Origin: Chlorokybus atmophyticus | Taxonomy: Eukaryota > Plantae > Mesostigma and Chlorokybus algae | Assembly: GCA_009103225.1 (NCBI GenBank) | Contig: RHPI01003642.1 | Coordinates: 218,451 to 282,450, forward strand | Length of the DNA stretch: 64,000 nucleotides | Reading direction: 5' to 3' | In this document: positions 13,901 through 27,700 of the stretch, piece after piece | How the letters are laid out: the number at the start of each line of letters is the position of its first letter | How positions within the stretch are numbered: position 1 is the stretch's first letter | The notes under the pieces: generated by a model | Databases searched by the model: none | Told to the model about the DNA's origin: nothing | What the model saw: the letters and a program-made list of their open reading frames with translations, nothing else | Made by a program: the position numbers and the translations under genes

Positions 13901-15923
13901 ACGCTACAACATCAACATCTTCAACACTATCATATGTAGTAGTACATGAAACAGTAGTAGCAAGCAAGACTGTGAGAGAGTGATACCTGCTTTGGGTGCA
14001 TCAACACCCCACTTAGGGCTTGTCTTTGTCTTCTCTATTCTTCCCCCTCTTTGAAGCTGTAGTTTTGTAAAGGCTTCAGTAAGAAACGCCAGTAGGCTTG
14101 GCTTGAGCTCTGCGTGCGTGTATAGTAGATCCTCTACAGTGAGTGGGAAGCAGAGGTCGAGGGCCGCGCACGCCTCGTGCACACGTGCAATGTTGCGTGC
14201 CTTATCACCCACGCCAAGCCGCGTGCCCACACCCCACGAGATGGACTTCACGTCCAACGCAGACGACGAGTAGTAGCTTAACAGGGCTGCCACGCAGCGG
14301 CCGTCACCGCAAAGGTCCAGCAACACGTCCTCCGCCACCAACCCTACCCTGGTGAAGAAGTGATGTTGGGTTGTGGTGTTGGGAACAATGTGAAGGGTGT
14401 GCGCGTCGACAAGTGAGGGTGTGTACTTGCTGGCGGGGGGGCTGAGACGCAGAACGGCGTTGACCCAGAGGAGGAGGGCGTCCTCCGCATCGTAAGGTCG
14501 CTCGCGCCTGTCGTTGTAGTCTCCCCCTCTCAACAACCTGTTCCATGTGTTGTTTTGGTACACGCACACGCACAATTCCATCATCTTCGCACCCTTACCC
14601 ACCCGTACCTCACTTGGGCGACGACGGTGTCGAGGTCCGCGTGCTTCGCAACGTACGCGGCCATGACGCCGTCCGTGAGCACATTGATGCGGTCGTCATC
14701 ATCATCGTCGGCGTCATCACCAACATCAGCGCCGATGCGAACCCCGTGCGCAGACACGGCCTCGCGTACGGCCGCCAGGCGCACGTTGCGTGGCGCAGCG
14801 GATGCAACCTGCGTATGTGCTTATGAGTTGAATGCGCTGCTTACTGAGTGTGTGTGTATTGCGTGCAGGGGGGTGATTGTTGTTATGCATGTGTCTGATG
14901 GTTTGGGTCGGTGTTACTCTTACTGCTGGGCAGGCGTCTAGGAGGAGGCGACGGCATGCTCTGTAGTGCAGCTCACCGGAGGAAAGCTCCTGCAAGTCTG
15001 CATAACTCTGGACAAGACGCACAAGCAAGGCCTGGTTGGAGCGGCAGTGATAGACTTTGTACATGCATTGTACATGCTGTTGCTTATATTTATGCCTACC
15101 TGTGCGTATCCGCTAACACTTGCTTCTGCTCCAGCATCTTGATGGTTCTCATCATCCTCGACGCTGCTATTGCCGCTGCTACTGGCCATGTGCGTGAGCC
15201 ATGTGCGTCCCACCCGCGCAAGTGCCTGGTGGTGATGTTAATCATGACAACGATATTGGCAAACCGCGACCGTGACGACGATCAAGAAGCAAAGGCAGGC
15301 AACAATGCATATGTATTTGTTAGCTAAATGCATACTCGATTGAGCTAGGCGTATGCTTACTCAACGTCATATATATGCTGTGTCAAAGTATGTGGTTACC
15401 AAGATACAACGCTGCTTCTGATGCGTTTGTACAAGTATGGGAGTGTGTTTCTGTCCGTTTGTTTCGCGCTCTTGCACACATTCAGCAGGTCATGAGTTAC
15501 TTAGTGCAGCGCTCATAGCAATGTATAAAACAGCAACTACTATCACAGACACAAATTCTAGCTATTCAGTCCGTCACCATACTTAGCACCAAGCACACAA
15601 CCAGACAGCACTACCTGTGTATGGCTTGTAGGCGCATCCCCATATATAGTTACACAGTTAGTAAGAGCTAGCTTCTTGCTGAACCGCAATCGCTGGAGAG
15701 TGAACAGCAGACTTAGCGAACAGCACACTCAGCAATCACTGTACGTGAACCATGCGCAATGCATCTACCTGACCCAACTGTGCGCAGTGTATAACCCCAT
15801 GCCATACATATCCTTGCGTATACACCCTGTGAACACAAGCTGCAAAAGTGGATGAAGTGGCACCTGCTGAAGGTCGTAGTCCGCCAAGCTTGCAACCCGG
15901 CAATCCCTGCTTGCATACGCCAT
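10974..15923 (-). CDS. CAMSAP: CAMSAP/Patronin-family microtubule minus-end protein (N-terminal region, CH domain, coiled coil, CKK domain)
   Basis: N-terminus SLADYDLQQ|ALARVGRTW; LSSGELHYRAC; DGVMAAYVAK..LDTVVA; PYDAEDALLLWVN..DLCGDGRCVAALLSYY (CH); KKRERFLLARQQK (coiled coil); SNRKLVRNAL..CLAG..NFVVLF..FKGLY..GAGP..KYDSGSKGF (CKK). Confidence 0.85.
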
Positions 15924-16695
15924 GGCTTTGGGATGAACCTTACCTGACTAGTACCGCTATTATATAACTCCACTACTTCTCACAAACAACTATCACTTAC
16001 ATGTGTTGAACTCAGTGATTACTCCTGCAACACCTCACGCTTACACCACCAATGCCAGCTCTCCAGCTCCAGCTTATGACACAGCACAGATCAATCCACC
16101 ACTGTCACTTGAAGCTACGCAGATATCAAACTACTGGAGTACTGTCTGCTTCATCCAAACCTACCTCTGCCTACTGCGATACCACCGCCGCCGCCGCCAT
16201 CATCATCATCAACCACCGCCTGCCTGATGCAAGGCGTGGCTCACACAAGTCACGTGACGGGCTCTTTAGTCGCGATCGACGGAACTGGGTCCACACCTGC
16301 TTTCTCAATCCGAGTCGCTCTCGCCACGACGGGCAACCCGTACACTCCGTACGACTGCCCTTAGCCACTTCGCTGAAATGTGAACTCAGTTCGCGAACGC
16401 TGTTTTTCAAGAATTACGCCAACTGACTGCAACAGGCCACTCGGATATTCCACTCAATTGTTGATATTTCTACCATTGAGCGTGCATTTTGCCAGCTTTG
16501 GGGTTTGTGCTAAGTATATCTCTGGAGCGTCCAGTCCATTGTTTCAGGATCAGGGTTACGTTAACCAAGCCCATTGGCCCGGTGGTTGTTGACCACAGAG
16601 CCCCTGCCAAGTGGCGCATTGTGGCTGCGTCCACCGCCGCCGCCGCAGTTGGGCTGTCATTGTCGTTGTCGTGGTGCACCAGGACGGTGGTCAGG

Positions 16696-19600
16696 ATGCT
16701 GCGGAAAGGGGCGGCGTCGCTGCTGCTGCTGGCCGGTGCCAGCAGCAGGCAGCAGAGCTGCCATGCCGCTGGTGCGGCAGCAGCTGTGGTGGGGTTGAGG
16801 AGCTATGCAGCGGCGGCGGCGGCAGCGGAACAGGATCTGAAGAAGACCGCCCTCTACGACTTCCACGTCGCCCATGGAGGCAAGATGGTGCCCTTTGCCG
16901 GATGGAGCATGCCCATCCAGTATAAGGACTCCATCATGGACGCCACTGTGCACTGCAGAAGGCAAGCTGATACTGATCAAGCACAATGGCCGGCATTGGA
17001 TGTGTGCAACTACCGCATTTCCTCTCGCAATGCCTCACTTTTTCTGTGTTTCCTACTTTGTCTCATGTTTTGGGATATGAGCGCCATGTTAGGGCAGTCG
17101 TGTGCACCATGCATGCATCATATTATCTTCCAGGCAAGCAACTGCATGCCATCAGCCTGATCGTGTTGCTTACTACCACATCACATGAGCTATGCAGCAT
17201 TGCGCATCAATCAGCAAGTCAGATCAAGCGTTACCGCATGCAATGCCCATGCATGGTTGATGACCGCAAAGGTCATCATCTGTATCTTCGTTACTGTAAT
17301 GTGTTGCAGTTGCATGCAATGCCAGTCAACACGCATTCACAGTTCACCTCCTACCGTAGTACAGCACAATGCCACGTCACGTTGAAAGAAGCACACAATG
17401 CAAAAGACTTCAACATATTCATTCTCAATAGGGCTGCCTCCCTCTTTGACGTCTCTCACATGTGCGGCCTCACCCTCCGCGGCCGCGACGCCATCTCCTT
17501 TATCGAGACTCTCGTCGTGGGGGACATCGCTGGTCTTACGCCGGGTACAGGCACTCTATCTGTATTCACAAACGACAAAGGCGGTATCATTGATGACACC
17601 GTCGTGACACGACTGCCGGGAGACGGGATGGGAGTGTATCTTGTGGTCAATGCTGGGTGCAGAGAGAAGGACTTGAAGCATATTGGGGCAAAATTGGAGG
17701 AGTATAAGAAGGGGGGGAAGGAGGTGGACATTACCGTGCATGAAGACAGGGCGCTGCTTGCACTGCAGGTGGGTTCGGAGGGTTGGATTGTACCTGACGC
17801 AATGGATGTGGCATTGACGGGATGCAGCTATTGCATCATGCATTGCAACGGGCATGTCGCAGGGTGCGCATGCAATATTATCATGTCTGAGCGAGTCCTG
17901 CATCTAGAAATAAATACACACAACAGTGAGGCAGTCAAGGTACGCAGCACGGCAGTGTGCATGGACGCAAGTAAGATGCAATGCTGTTGAACGGCAGTGA
18001 TGCCTCACTCGAGTACAGGTAGTCTGTTTACATACAAATGCACCAAGATCATCAGGCGTCACTGTGCTGTTAGTTATTGTCAAAGAAAGAGCACAGTTGG
18101 TGATAGACAATGGTACATCCTTGTTGAAGGTATGGTCAGTACTGGCAGGCAAATGGCAGTCATTATGGCAGTCGTCATGTCCAGCATTGAACGTCATTGA
18201 ACTCATACCTTATCAATTGTCCCCCACCGACCAATGGGGGTTTGACCGGTACTTTCTGTGATCCGAAAGCAGTTGCATGTGCTTAACTGACTTACTCACT
18301 GGTTACTTAACAAGTTGGTCACTAAGTGAGTCAACACTCCTGAACGAAGCACAACATTCCGACGTGCTAATACATTAAGCTGTAGGCGTTGCATACCAGT
18401 AATTTAATCAACTTCCATGCCACTCCCAGGGTCCGGAAGCCCCTGGTGCGTTTCAGAAGGTTGTGAAGGACGACTTGAGCTCGCTGTATTTCGGTGAGTT
18501 CAGGGAGGTTGAGACGGAGGGCGCTGGCAAGGTGTGGGTCACGCGGACGGGGTACACCGGCGAGGACGGCTTCGAGATCTCCGTCCCCAACTCCAGCGCC
18601 CTGGCACTCGCCGAAAAACTCACGCAAGACTCTAAGGCACGATGATGCTGGTTTGGCTGCATGTACGTCTACGCACCGTGACACGACGGGTGTGGGCATG
18701 CGGGCATCTCTCGTGTGTGGTATGCTGTGTCGTGTGCGTGTATAACCCCATGTTCATGTTTGCGTGCGTGCGTGCGTGCATGTGGGTGCGACATGAGCAT
18801 GCAAATACAGAGCGGGCATGTGCACAGAGGTGTACATGCAATTGTCCGCAGGCACGCATACCGCACACGAATTATACGCATACATGCATACACACATCGG
18901 TGCAGGTGTGTGTATGTGCGGGCGCATATGCGTGGTAACCTTCTGCCACCGTTGACACTTGATCACCTCTCAGGTGAGGTTGTGCGGCTTGGGAGCGCGC
19001 GACAGTCTGAGGCTGGAGGCAGGTCTTTGCTTGTACGGCAACGACATCGATGAGGGGATCACCCCCGTGGAGGCGGGACTCGCGTGGACCATTGGCAAGA
19101 GGCGCCGCGCAGAGAAGGGCTTCCCCGGCGCGGATGAGATCCTGCGCCAGATCAAGGAGGGCGTCCCAAGGAAGCGCGTCGGCCTCCTGCCTCAGGTGAG
19201 GACTGACTGTGCGCACATGTGTCCTAATTACATGTCTGTGGTAATGCGACAGCAGTATACGCACTCTGTTGCAAATAAGCACAATGTGACCAGCTATGCT
19301 TCTGTTGTACACATGTTCAAGAACGCTACATGGTGAAGTCGGCACGCTGCATGGTTATTGCAGTGCACATTCTCACTTGGCAGATTTTGGCACCCAATGC
19401 AGTAGTCCAGCCACGAGGTTCCGAGTTGCTAAATCAGTGTTGTGCTCGCATTTGAGCACAGCACACAACCCACGAAAGCAACCACACAATCACGTGAGCG
19501 GACCTGCTGATGCTCGACGGTTCTTACCTCCAGGGTGCACCTGCAAGGCAGCACGTTGAGATTCAGGACCTTGACGGCAAGACTGTCGGAGAGGTGACGT

Positions 19601-19767
19601 CGGGGGGGTTCAGTCCTACGCTCAAGTTGAACATCGCCATGGGCTATGTCGCAAAGGAGCTCTCAAAGGCCGGCACGGAGCTGCAGGTCTTGGTGCGCGG
19701 CAAGAAGGCCACCGCCACCGTTGCCAAGATGCCATTTGTCAAGACCACCTACTACAAGAGGACTTGA
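16696..19767 (+). CDS. gcvT: Glycine cleavage system T protein (aminomethyltransferase), mitochondrial
   Basis: [89 protein letters not shown]. Confidence 0.97.
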
Positions 19768-20527
19768 GAGGACACTGTGGGGAGACTTGCTGGTGTTTTT
19801 GCTTTCACATTGTTTGTCGGAAGGATGCACAGATAGCACAGTACAAAAACAATGTATACATGCTGCACCATGCTGTTCGCTTGTAGAATCTGTAGGAATG
19901 TGTGACAGCTGTACTGTGTTTGCCAATGCAAGGCTTCACCGTCGGCGTGGAGTTGTCGCCTGTTGGTCACTACAAAGAACCTCACACCACCTTGTTTGCT
20001 ACTGCAGATGTGACATAGGGTGTACGTAGGGTTGCCACCATGTGTGATTGATGGTAATTGTCGCAGATTGCTGAGGACTCTATGCATACAACTGTACAAT
20101 GCAAGCGCTAACACCATACCTCGCCACACGATCCTACGACCACATGCAACACACGCATCACACCACATCCTATCACCATACAACCACATGACCATGCTGG
20201 CTCACTCTGCTGCTGCCGCAAATTTTCCCGCGGGCAGTAACGCGCCAGTGTTTGAGGCACATAAAAAAGACACCTAGGCTAGAGTCCGCAGCAAGTTGGG
20301 ATTACAATGCGCAGCAGTGTGTATCTACAGCGCACAGTGTAATAGGTGCCAATGCAAGCAAGCAGAGTCACGCAGCTTTCAATGCTGATTGTGAATGAAT
20401 ATAAAAGTCTATGCACAGCGGTTTACGGGACAACAGCAGGTCAGCTAGCGATGAGCTGTGACAGCAACATGGCTGGCATTGTCCTGCACAACTTCATCAC
20501 CCAGGTCGTCAACAGTAAGCAGTCGTC

Positions 20528-21168
20528 TTAGGCGAGCTGCACGTTGTACTGCTCGGCAAGCTGCTCAACCTTGGCAACGTAGTTCTGCTTGGCGGTCTCC
20601 TTGTCCATGCCCTTGTTGGCGTTCCATGCGTCCCACTTGGCGCGGTCCCTCATGTTGAACATGCCGGGCCGCTGAACGGACAAACGCACAGTCAGCAACA
20701 CTGAAACCCTAGCAGCAGCCCGTATTCAACACTACGCCAACAGAAGGTGGGAACCAAACACAGTAACTCACACACCATGCAGGCGCAGCATTACAACCAG
20801 CATCGGCAAATGTGCAACCAGTGCATGTCAGGCCGTCAACGCTATAGTAGTAACAATACACCTTGCAAGCTGATGACACTTGCACTCCAGCTTAATCAAC
20901 CTTCGGCAGCCATGAAAGGTAACCCCTTTGACTGCCTACCTGAGTGTCGCAGTCGCCAACGGTTGCCTGCTTGAACAGGCCGTAGAGAATCAGCTTCTCC
21001 TCGTTTGTGGTGCTCTCTGGAAGCTTCTTGGCGTTGTCAGCAGCGGTGTTGAAATCCTCCTGCAAGCAGACAGTAGGCCAACCATGCATGAGACGACGCA
21101 CAGCATGGCAACAGCGTAAAACAGCTTGCTAGCTCATGCAGCACATCAACACTCACCTCAAGACCCAT
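20528..21168 (-). CDS. ACBP: Acyl-CoA-binding protein (small class)
   Basis: MGLE|EDFNTAADNAKKL...LILYGLFKQATVGD..|RPGMFNMRDRAKWDAWNANKGMDKETAKQNYVAKV; three coding exons. Confidence 0.95.
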
Positions 21169-21819
21169 GTTGGCTGCTGCACGCGTCAAATCAATGCACC
21201 TCTTATACCTCAGACACCTGCCTGACAAAGACAAGGACAACCTCAGCCACAACAACGAGACAGCCAGCCGGATGGCACAATGCGGGTGATGATACTCAGC
21301 CCAGCAAGCGGCCGACTGCATGCACACAGCAACCGGTAGCGCCTCACCAGCCCAATGTCGTCGCCGCCGCCCCTACAATCCACGTCAGCGCCACGTGGCT
21401 TTGCGGCAATTAGGGCGGTGAAGATCTTCGCAACAGCCGATATCAGCATCGACTCTGTACATTACAACACAGATATCATAGATGGAGTGTGACGCATGAA
21501 GCAGTTACGCGTGATGCGTCACAGTATCGCCCATGCAGAAAAGTCCCCCACAGCGGAATCCAAAGATTCGATTGCCATCTCGCACGCGGTTGCTACACGT
21601 GGCGATTGAGCTCGAGGCAGAGTGAGTTGTCAGCGTGTGTTCCGTGAAGCGGCGGTGGTAGCGGCGGCGGCGTGGGCGGCGGGAGTGGCGTTGTGATTGG
21701 GGTCGTTTGGTGTGTCTGGTTGTTTGCGCGCGCGCACAAGGGTCCGCAAGGGGCAGGTTTTGAGTGCTCGTTGCCAGCAAGCCAAGGCAGTCACGTGGCA
21801 GGTGGGTCACGGCTTTCAA

Positions 21820-21828
21820 TTAGGGTTT
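21820..21828. promoter_or_regulatory. Telo-box-like motif (TTAGGGTTT) between ACBP and CCX
   Basis: Plant telomeric-type motif in the region between two divergent genes. Confidence 0.4.
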
Positions 21829-22523
21829 TGATGTGTGGCAATTGTCCCGTGTTATGGTGTCTAGATGCAACCCGTTATACGAAGCGGTGATCATGGCATG
21901 AGCAGCAGCAGTCACACCATCAGCCACAAATTGCTCCGTTGATTGGGTATTGCTCTGAACACAAGTAAGCGAATTGTGAAGCGAGTGGTTTCTTCTTGTC
22001 AGGCTGCATGCACCTCAGATAAGCGTCTACGACAAACTTTGATTCTGCGTAAATGTTTTTGTCAGCACACAAAGCAGTTGCGACGGCAAGCAGTTGGTAC
22101 TATAACTCTTGCTAACGCCTGGTTTGTGGCCCGACGGTTCGCATTGTGCTTGTGTTTGCATACTGCGTACTCTTCAAGGCCCGCTGTGATTGGTTTCCAA
22201 TCAACCTTGGTACAATTGGTTTTGCGTAAGACGCAAACAAGCGCCTTAGCTTGTTTTGTATGTAGTTTACCTTACATGCAGGCACGCATGCCTAGGTTTA
22301 ACTAGATGCAACAACATTGGACATGCTTGTTATACAAGGGCCGAATGGTTTGGGGTGCGGAAAATCTGATAGTGCACGACGAGCACTGGCGTCACTTCAC
22401 GATCTCATACATTCTGTTCTGTTCTCAGGGTTCTTAGGTAGTGAAGCTGTGGTTCTGACCGGGATTTAGCAGAGGTTACAGGCATGTGGCGTTGATAATC
22501 AATCTGCAGACGCTGCGCGCAGC

Positions 22524-24670
22524 ATGCGGCAACGCAGACCTTTAGCAGGCCCTAAGCACAAGAAAGCTCCCTTCTGGTTGCGCTGGGGCCCGCGTTTGGG
22601 CTATTGTGCTCTTCTAGTGTTAGTGTATGTTGTGAGACAGCACCAGCAGGCTGCAGCACAACCTGTACATACTGTCACACGATTAGGGTTAGGGTTTGTG
22701 CCTCGCTTGCTTTTGGAAGAAGATCCACCCACCAATAACAGCTGCTCAAGCATTACCCATGTGGGCGGGCCCGCCGAGCAGTGCCAGTTTGTGAAGTCCA
22801 CAGAAGCCTGCAGTTCTGGCACTTACTTCCAGTATACACAATTCTTCTACTGCACACTGCGCAACCAGCATGGATTGGCGCTTCTCCTGCTCGTGTTATG
22901 GCTACTCGTGTTGTTCTACACACTGGGCAACACGGCCGCCGATCACTTTTGCCCTTCCCTGCAACAGCTGTCAGGTATCGCAAACGTTGGCATGCATGGT
23001 TGTAGTGGCTAAATTGTGAGTGCTTTGTCTAATCCAGTTGCAACCTTGACTGACTGTTGCGTGGCAAACAGACTTGCTCAATCTGCCGCCAAGTGTGGCT
23101 GGAGTCACGCTGCTGCCGCTGGGGAACGGCGCGCCTGATGTCTTTGCCAGCATCGCTGCTTTCACCAGCAACCAAGGACAGGGTGATGTCGGGGTCAATG
23201 CAGTGCTTGGCGGAGGTGTCTTCGTGACAATGGTTGTTGCTGGCTGCGTCGCACTTGTCGCTAGTGAAACGCGCCTTCCCCGGTTGTCCTTCTTACGAGA
23301 TGTTTTATACTACCTCTTCTCTGTCACAGTGAGTACCTGGCTCAATGTCAAGAGAGCAGAAAACTTGGCTGGCACTCAGCTAACACCTGTCTCTGCCAGG
23401 TGCTGATGCTCATTCTCTTTATCGGCAAGGATAGGATCACCCTATATAGTGCAGTTATATTCATTTCCCTGTACCCCCTCTATGGCATCATTGTGGGAGT
23501 TTCTGAGTACATGCAGCATAAGGAAAGGAAGAAGTCAGCCATGCTCTTGGAAAAGTTTCTTGCGGATGGAGAGTCTGGCCGATCATCCCCAGTGTCAGAG
23601 ATCACAATGACCGAAGACGACTATGCGCCGTGGGCGGATCGGACTTCTTTGCCGCAGTGGGTCTGGAATTATGAGGTACATGACCATGCTTGTGCGGCAG
23701 ACTTGACAAGACTGCATTGCATCGGCTTGTTTGTTGGTATATCAAACTACAAAGAATGCATATTCAGCTTGCTTCTAGGCGGTTTCACTAGACACTGACA
23801 ATTACTCTGGCTGTGTAGGTTGCCTTGTACTCGTCAGTAGATGCAAGCATGGACAACAGGCCAGCTTGGGGCTGGGAAGAGGAGACTGAGGAGCGCAAGT
23901 GGTGGCACCCACATGTGGTGTATCACTATGTTGTTGAAGTACCACTTGAGCTGCCACGGAGGCTCACAATCCCTGACGTGACTGCAGAAAAGTGGGATCA
24001 GCGCTTTGCTGTGCTCAGCTGCATGGGTGCACCACTTCTCCTTGCGGTTGTCACCGGTGCCAATACAAAACTGCTGAACGTCCTACCAATATGGGCGTTG
24101 GCTTTGATCGTCGGCGTTGTGCTAGCGGGTCTTGCGGCGAAGTTCACATCGCCGCAGCATCCACCAACCCGATGCTTGCTGCCTTGGCTCGTTGCCAGCT
24201 TTGTGATGAGCGTCATGTGGATTTACCTCATTGCATCGGAGCTGGTGGCTACACTTGTCACCTTTGGCATTATTCTGGATGTCAAGGCGGCGCTTCTGGG
24301 AGTCACGGTGCTTGCTTGGGGCAATTCTGTTGGTGACCTTGTGGCCAACGTGGCCATAGCACGCAATGGCGGCGCGCAGATGGCTTTCGCCGGGTGCTAT
24401 GCGGGTCCCATGTTCAACCTGCTGATAGGTCTCGGGCTGTCGATGTGCTTAGCAACAGCAGCGCAGTTCCCTGCACCTTACGTGATAGACATCGACAGCT
24501 CGATATACTCAACCTTTGCGTTCTTGGTCGTCTCCCTGCTCACTGCAGCCACTGCGGTGCCCCTCAGCGGCTACCAGTACAAGCAACCTGTAGCTATAGC
24601 TTTGCTTGTGCTGTACGGAGTGTTCCTGGTGAATGGGTTCGCGGCCATCATACGCAGCGGGAGTGATTAG
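22524..24670 (+). CDS. CCX: Cation/Ca2+ exchanger (CCX/NCLX family)
   Basis: Alpha-1 repeat AGVTLLPLGNGAPDVFASIAA; alpha-2 repeat LGVTVLAWGNSVGDLVAN..GPMFN; many TM segments. Confidence 0.93.
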
Positions 24671-25398
24671 AGTTTGGTACATAGTGCATTGTTCTCGGCA
24701 GTCATAGTTTGGTAAAGTCTAACAGTTGTACAGTTTGACAAGTGTTGGCATTTTCGGATGCTTTCTCTGAGCCTGGAGTCCGCTCCTTTTCTGCTTTCAT
24801 AGGACTGGAAGCTTGTGCTAAGTGTGCACAAGCATGCATGCATCATCAGGGACGCCCTACTCCAGATTATGTGCCCTAGCTAACTGCCTGGCTTTGGTTT
24901 GTGGGTGTTGCGGTCTGAATCAAAGCAAATAGCCAGTAGCTGATGGTACGATATCAATGTACTGGTATGCACTGCTGGTCATGAGCAAACCAGCTTCTCG
25001 TTACACTATGCCTTGTGTACAGGTAATGATGCATGCATGCTGACTACTGGGGCAAGGGCAATAGCGAAGCTAGCTACCTAGGTTGCATGCGCAGCCCGGT
25101 GGTGAGGTAAGTTGCTGCCATATTGACCTGTGCTTGTGCTTACATATGTCACATTGGCCGTGCAATGGTCAGTCACATGCACGGCATTGCATATTTTCTA
25201 CACTACTGGTTGGTCCATGGCATTCAACGATATGCTGCCTTTGCCTGGAAACACATGAGCAGCAGTGTGCTGCTGACAATGTCTGGCATACGAGGCAGCT
25301 GTTAAGTCGCAAGTGATATACACATGAAATGATTTGGTACATTGAAGGTGGTACTGTACACAAAGGGAAGGCATTAACTGTAAACCTGTCCTGAAGGC

Positions 25399-26449
25399 TC
25401 AACTATCCTGCTCAAGTTTCTTCATATTCTCGTTCAGGATCTTAATCTCCTTCTTCAGCTCGGCCTTCTGGAGGTCGACGTCCTTGCTGCGCGGCAGCTC
25501 GCGCAGGTGCTCCAACTCGTTCACAATGCTCTCCATCTGCTGTTGCATATCTTGCCGGATTGAACGCCCCCGCGAGGTTGCAGAGGTTGCAATGGACTGC
25601 TCGAACAGGCTCGGGTTCGCGGGCAGGTCCCCTAGCGTCTCATCCACTGTCTTGCCCGCAGTAATTGTTGATATTGAAGGAGGGGGTTTGAGCAATGGGG
25701 GCTGCGTCTGCACGGGCGCGCGTGTCTCCCCCTCTTTAGCCAACATGAAGTAGTTGTAGTAGACGGCGCCTGCGATGGCGGAAGCCCCGACTATGGCCAC
25801 AATGGGTGCGACTGATGATGGCGGTGGCCGTGGAGGAGGAAGGCCACTCTCACCAACTGGAGGAGGCTTTGGCTTTGTTGCCGCAGATACTGACTCTGCG
25901 ACCTGCATGATGTTGGAGTGTCACAATGTGGAATTGGCCAGCATAACATACTGTTGCACACTACAAAGCCTCTGCTGTTCCTGTTGGCCAGACTGCAAAA
26001 CTTGACCGACTCCAGAAGCACAACAGCATACACTGCAAATGAACTGAGTTGCGTCGGCACTCGACAAACAATTTCACCCACCATGAGCACCACTACTTGC
26101 TCCAACATGCATGCGATTGGTGACCAATGCACAAAGGACTGAGTACAACGCCCTGCTCAAACACCTAACAGCGCATGCGCAGGTACAGGGCATGCACTGT
26201 TTCCCTCTGACTAGGGTTGAACGCGACTAACTATAGTCCTGCAACGCTGCAAGCGGCCGGATCCACCGAAGCTGTGCTAGTGATCAGGGCAAGCATGCAC
26301 GCCTGAGAATGTACAGAGTACAGAATGCCGCCCAACAACAACAACAACAACAAACTACTTACAGGGTTGCTGGCGAAGCGGCGGGAGGCGGCGGCGACCC
26401 CCCGCGGCGCCACGCCCTGCCTCGCTGAGCGCAGCGCCGCCGTGAACAT
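25399..26449 (-). CDS. Orphan single-pass membrane protein, probably mitochondrial, with C-terminal coiled coil
   Basis: Exon 1 MFTAALRSARQGVAPRGVAAASRRFASNP|gtaagt is presequence-like; exon 2 carries the TM segment IVAIVGASAIAGAVYYNYF and a heptad-rich tail; both splice sites are phase 0. Confidence 0.7.
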
Positions 26450-26645
26450 CGCTGCGTCGCACTCAACAACAAGCGCCCTGTTGCAGAGCGCCACTGATGC
26501 AGAGCCACCCTCCCGCGCACAGCGCTGACGACGCCGACGACAATGCCGACAATGTCAGCGTCCTCGCCAACTTTGGCACTGCGGGATTCACTGACTCGCT
26601 AACAAGGCGGATCTCGAAACCTGCACCCTCGGTGTAAGCTTAGGG

Positions 26646-27700
26646 CTAGCAATCAGGGCCTGATTGTATAATCAGGCCGAAAGGAAGGAGACACATGCAA
26701 GATTCTTGTCTTCATGCTTGCGAGTATAACAAGAGCTTACGCACATCACAACTTGGGAGTTACACATGACCATTGTGATGTGAGCTTCAGAGCTTCACCG
26801 TGAATAATTGATCACGCAATAATGCAATGTGCTAATACAACAAATTAACATTTTTATAAAGCATTGCATTATTTATGATTTATCGGCTATTGTTCATGCA
26901 AATTGGAATGAAAACAATAGATGCATGAGCTCTTATACGCGTAAGTTAATTTATGTTTTGGGGACTGCACTATATCCTCACCGTACTGTTTAGCCTAATT
27001 GTGTGGTTGAACATTATATCCAGAGGCAATGTGTAAAGCATGTATGTTATTTGTATGATCATGTATCATTATAACATAATGCATGCCAAGTTGCTAACCA
27101 GGCATAGCATGTCCATGTATACATATGTGTATACACAACATGGGCAATCGCGTAAAGCACGTATATTATTCATAGCATTATGTGTCCTCACAATATGCTG
27201 CGAAGATTCGTAATAACTGAAATTGAAGTCAATTGTTATGAATAACTTAGCCTATTATTGTATTTATTGTGCTTATTTGTGTGACCATCCAATAACGCAT
27301 TGCACAGCACAGATTTTGCTTGACGCTTTGTGAAAAAAGTTTATGCATTATTGTGCATAATGCTGATCCATTAGTGCGTACGAATTGACCAATATGGATG
27401 TGATGTGACCTACAATTATACCAACATTACACAAAGCTGAAATATTCCTAAAGCCTTCAGACCAAATGCAAGTATGACGGTCAACATTGCATTTGATTTG
27501 GTACATAATATCATTGAACATACAGTTTCTTCTGGATTGCGACTTTGGTCAAATTGCAATTGGGTTTGCGTTATGCTTCATGACCACCGCCGCATGATTT
27601 TATCAAAAGATAGGTGAAGGATAGACCATGCACATGCAATATGTTTATGGAGGTCATGGGCATTGTATCACAACACATGCATTAGACCCTTGGTGTATGT
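26646..27700 (-). mobile_element. AT-rich decayed island with a Helitron-like hairpin+CTAG terminus
   Basis: Hairpin GGCCTGATT-gtat-AATCAGGCC (26657-26678), 7 nt from CTAG (26646-26649), at the edge of about 1 kb of AT-rich, ORF-poor DNA. Confidence 0.35.

Noticed and set aside
22683-22697. TTAGGGTTAGGGTTT telomere-like repeat
   Set aside because: It lies within the CCX coding exon (encodes LGLGF).
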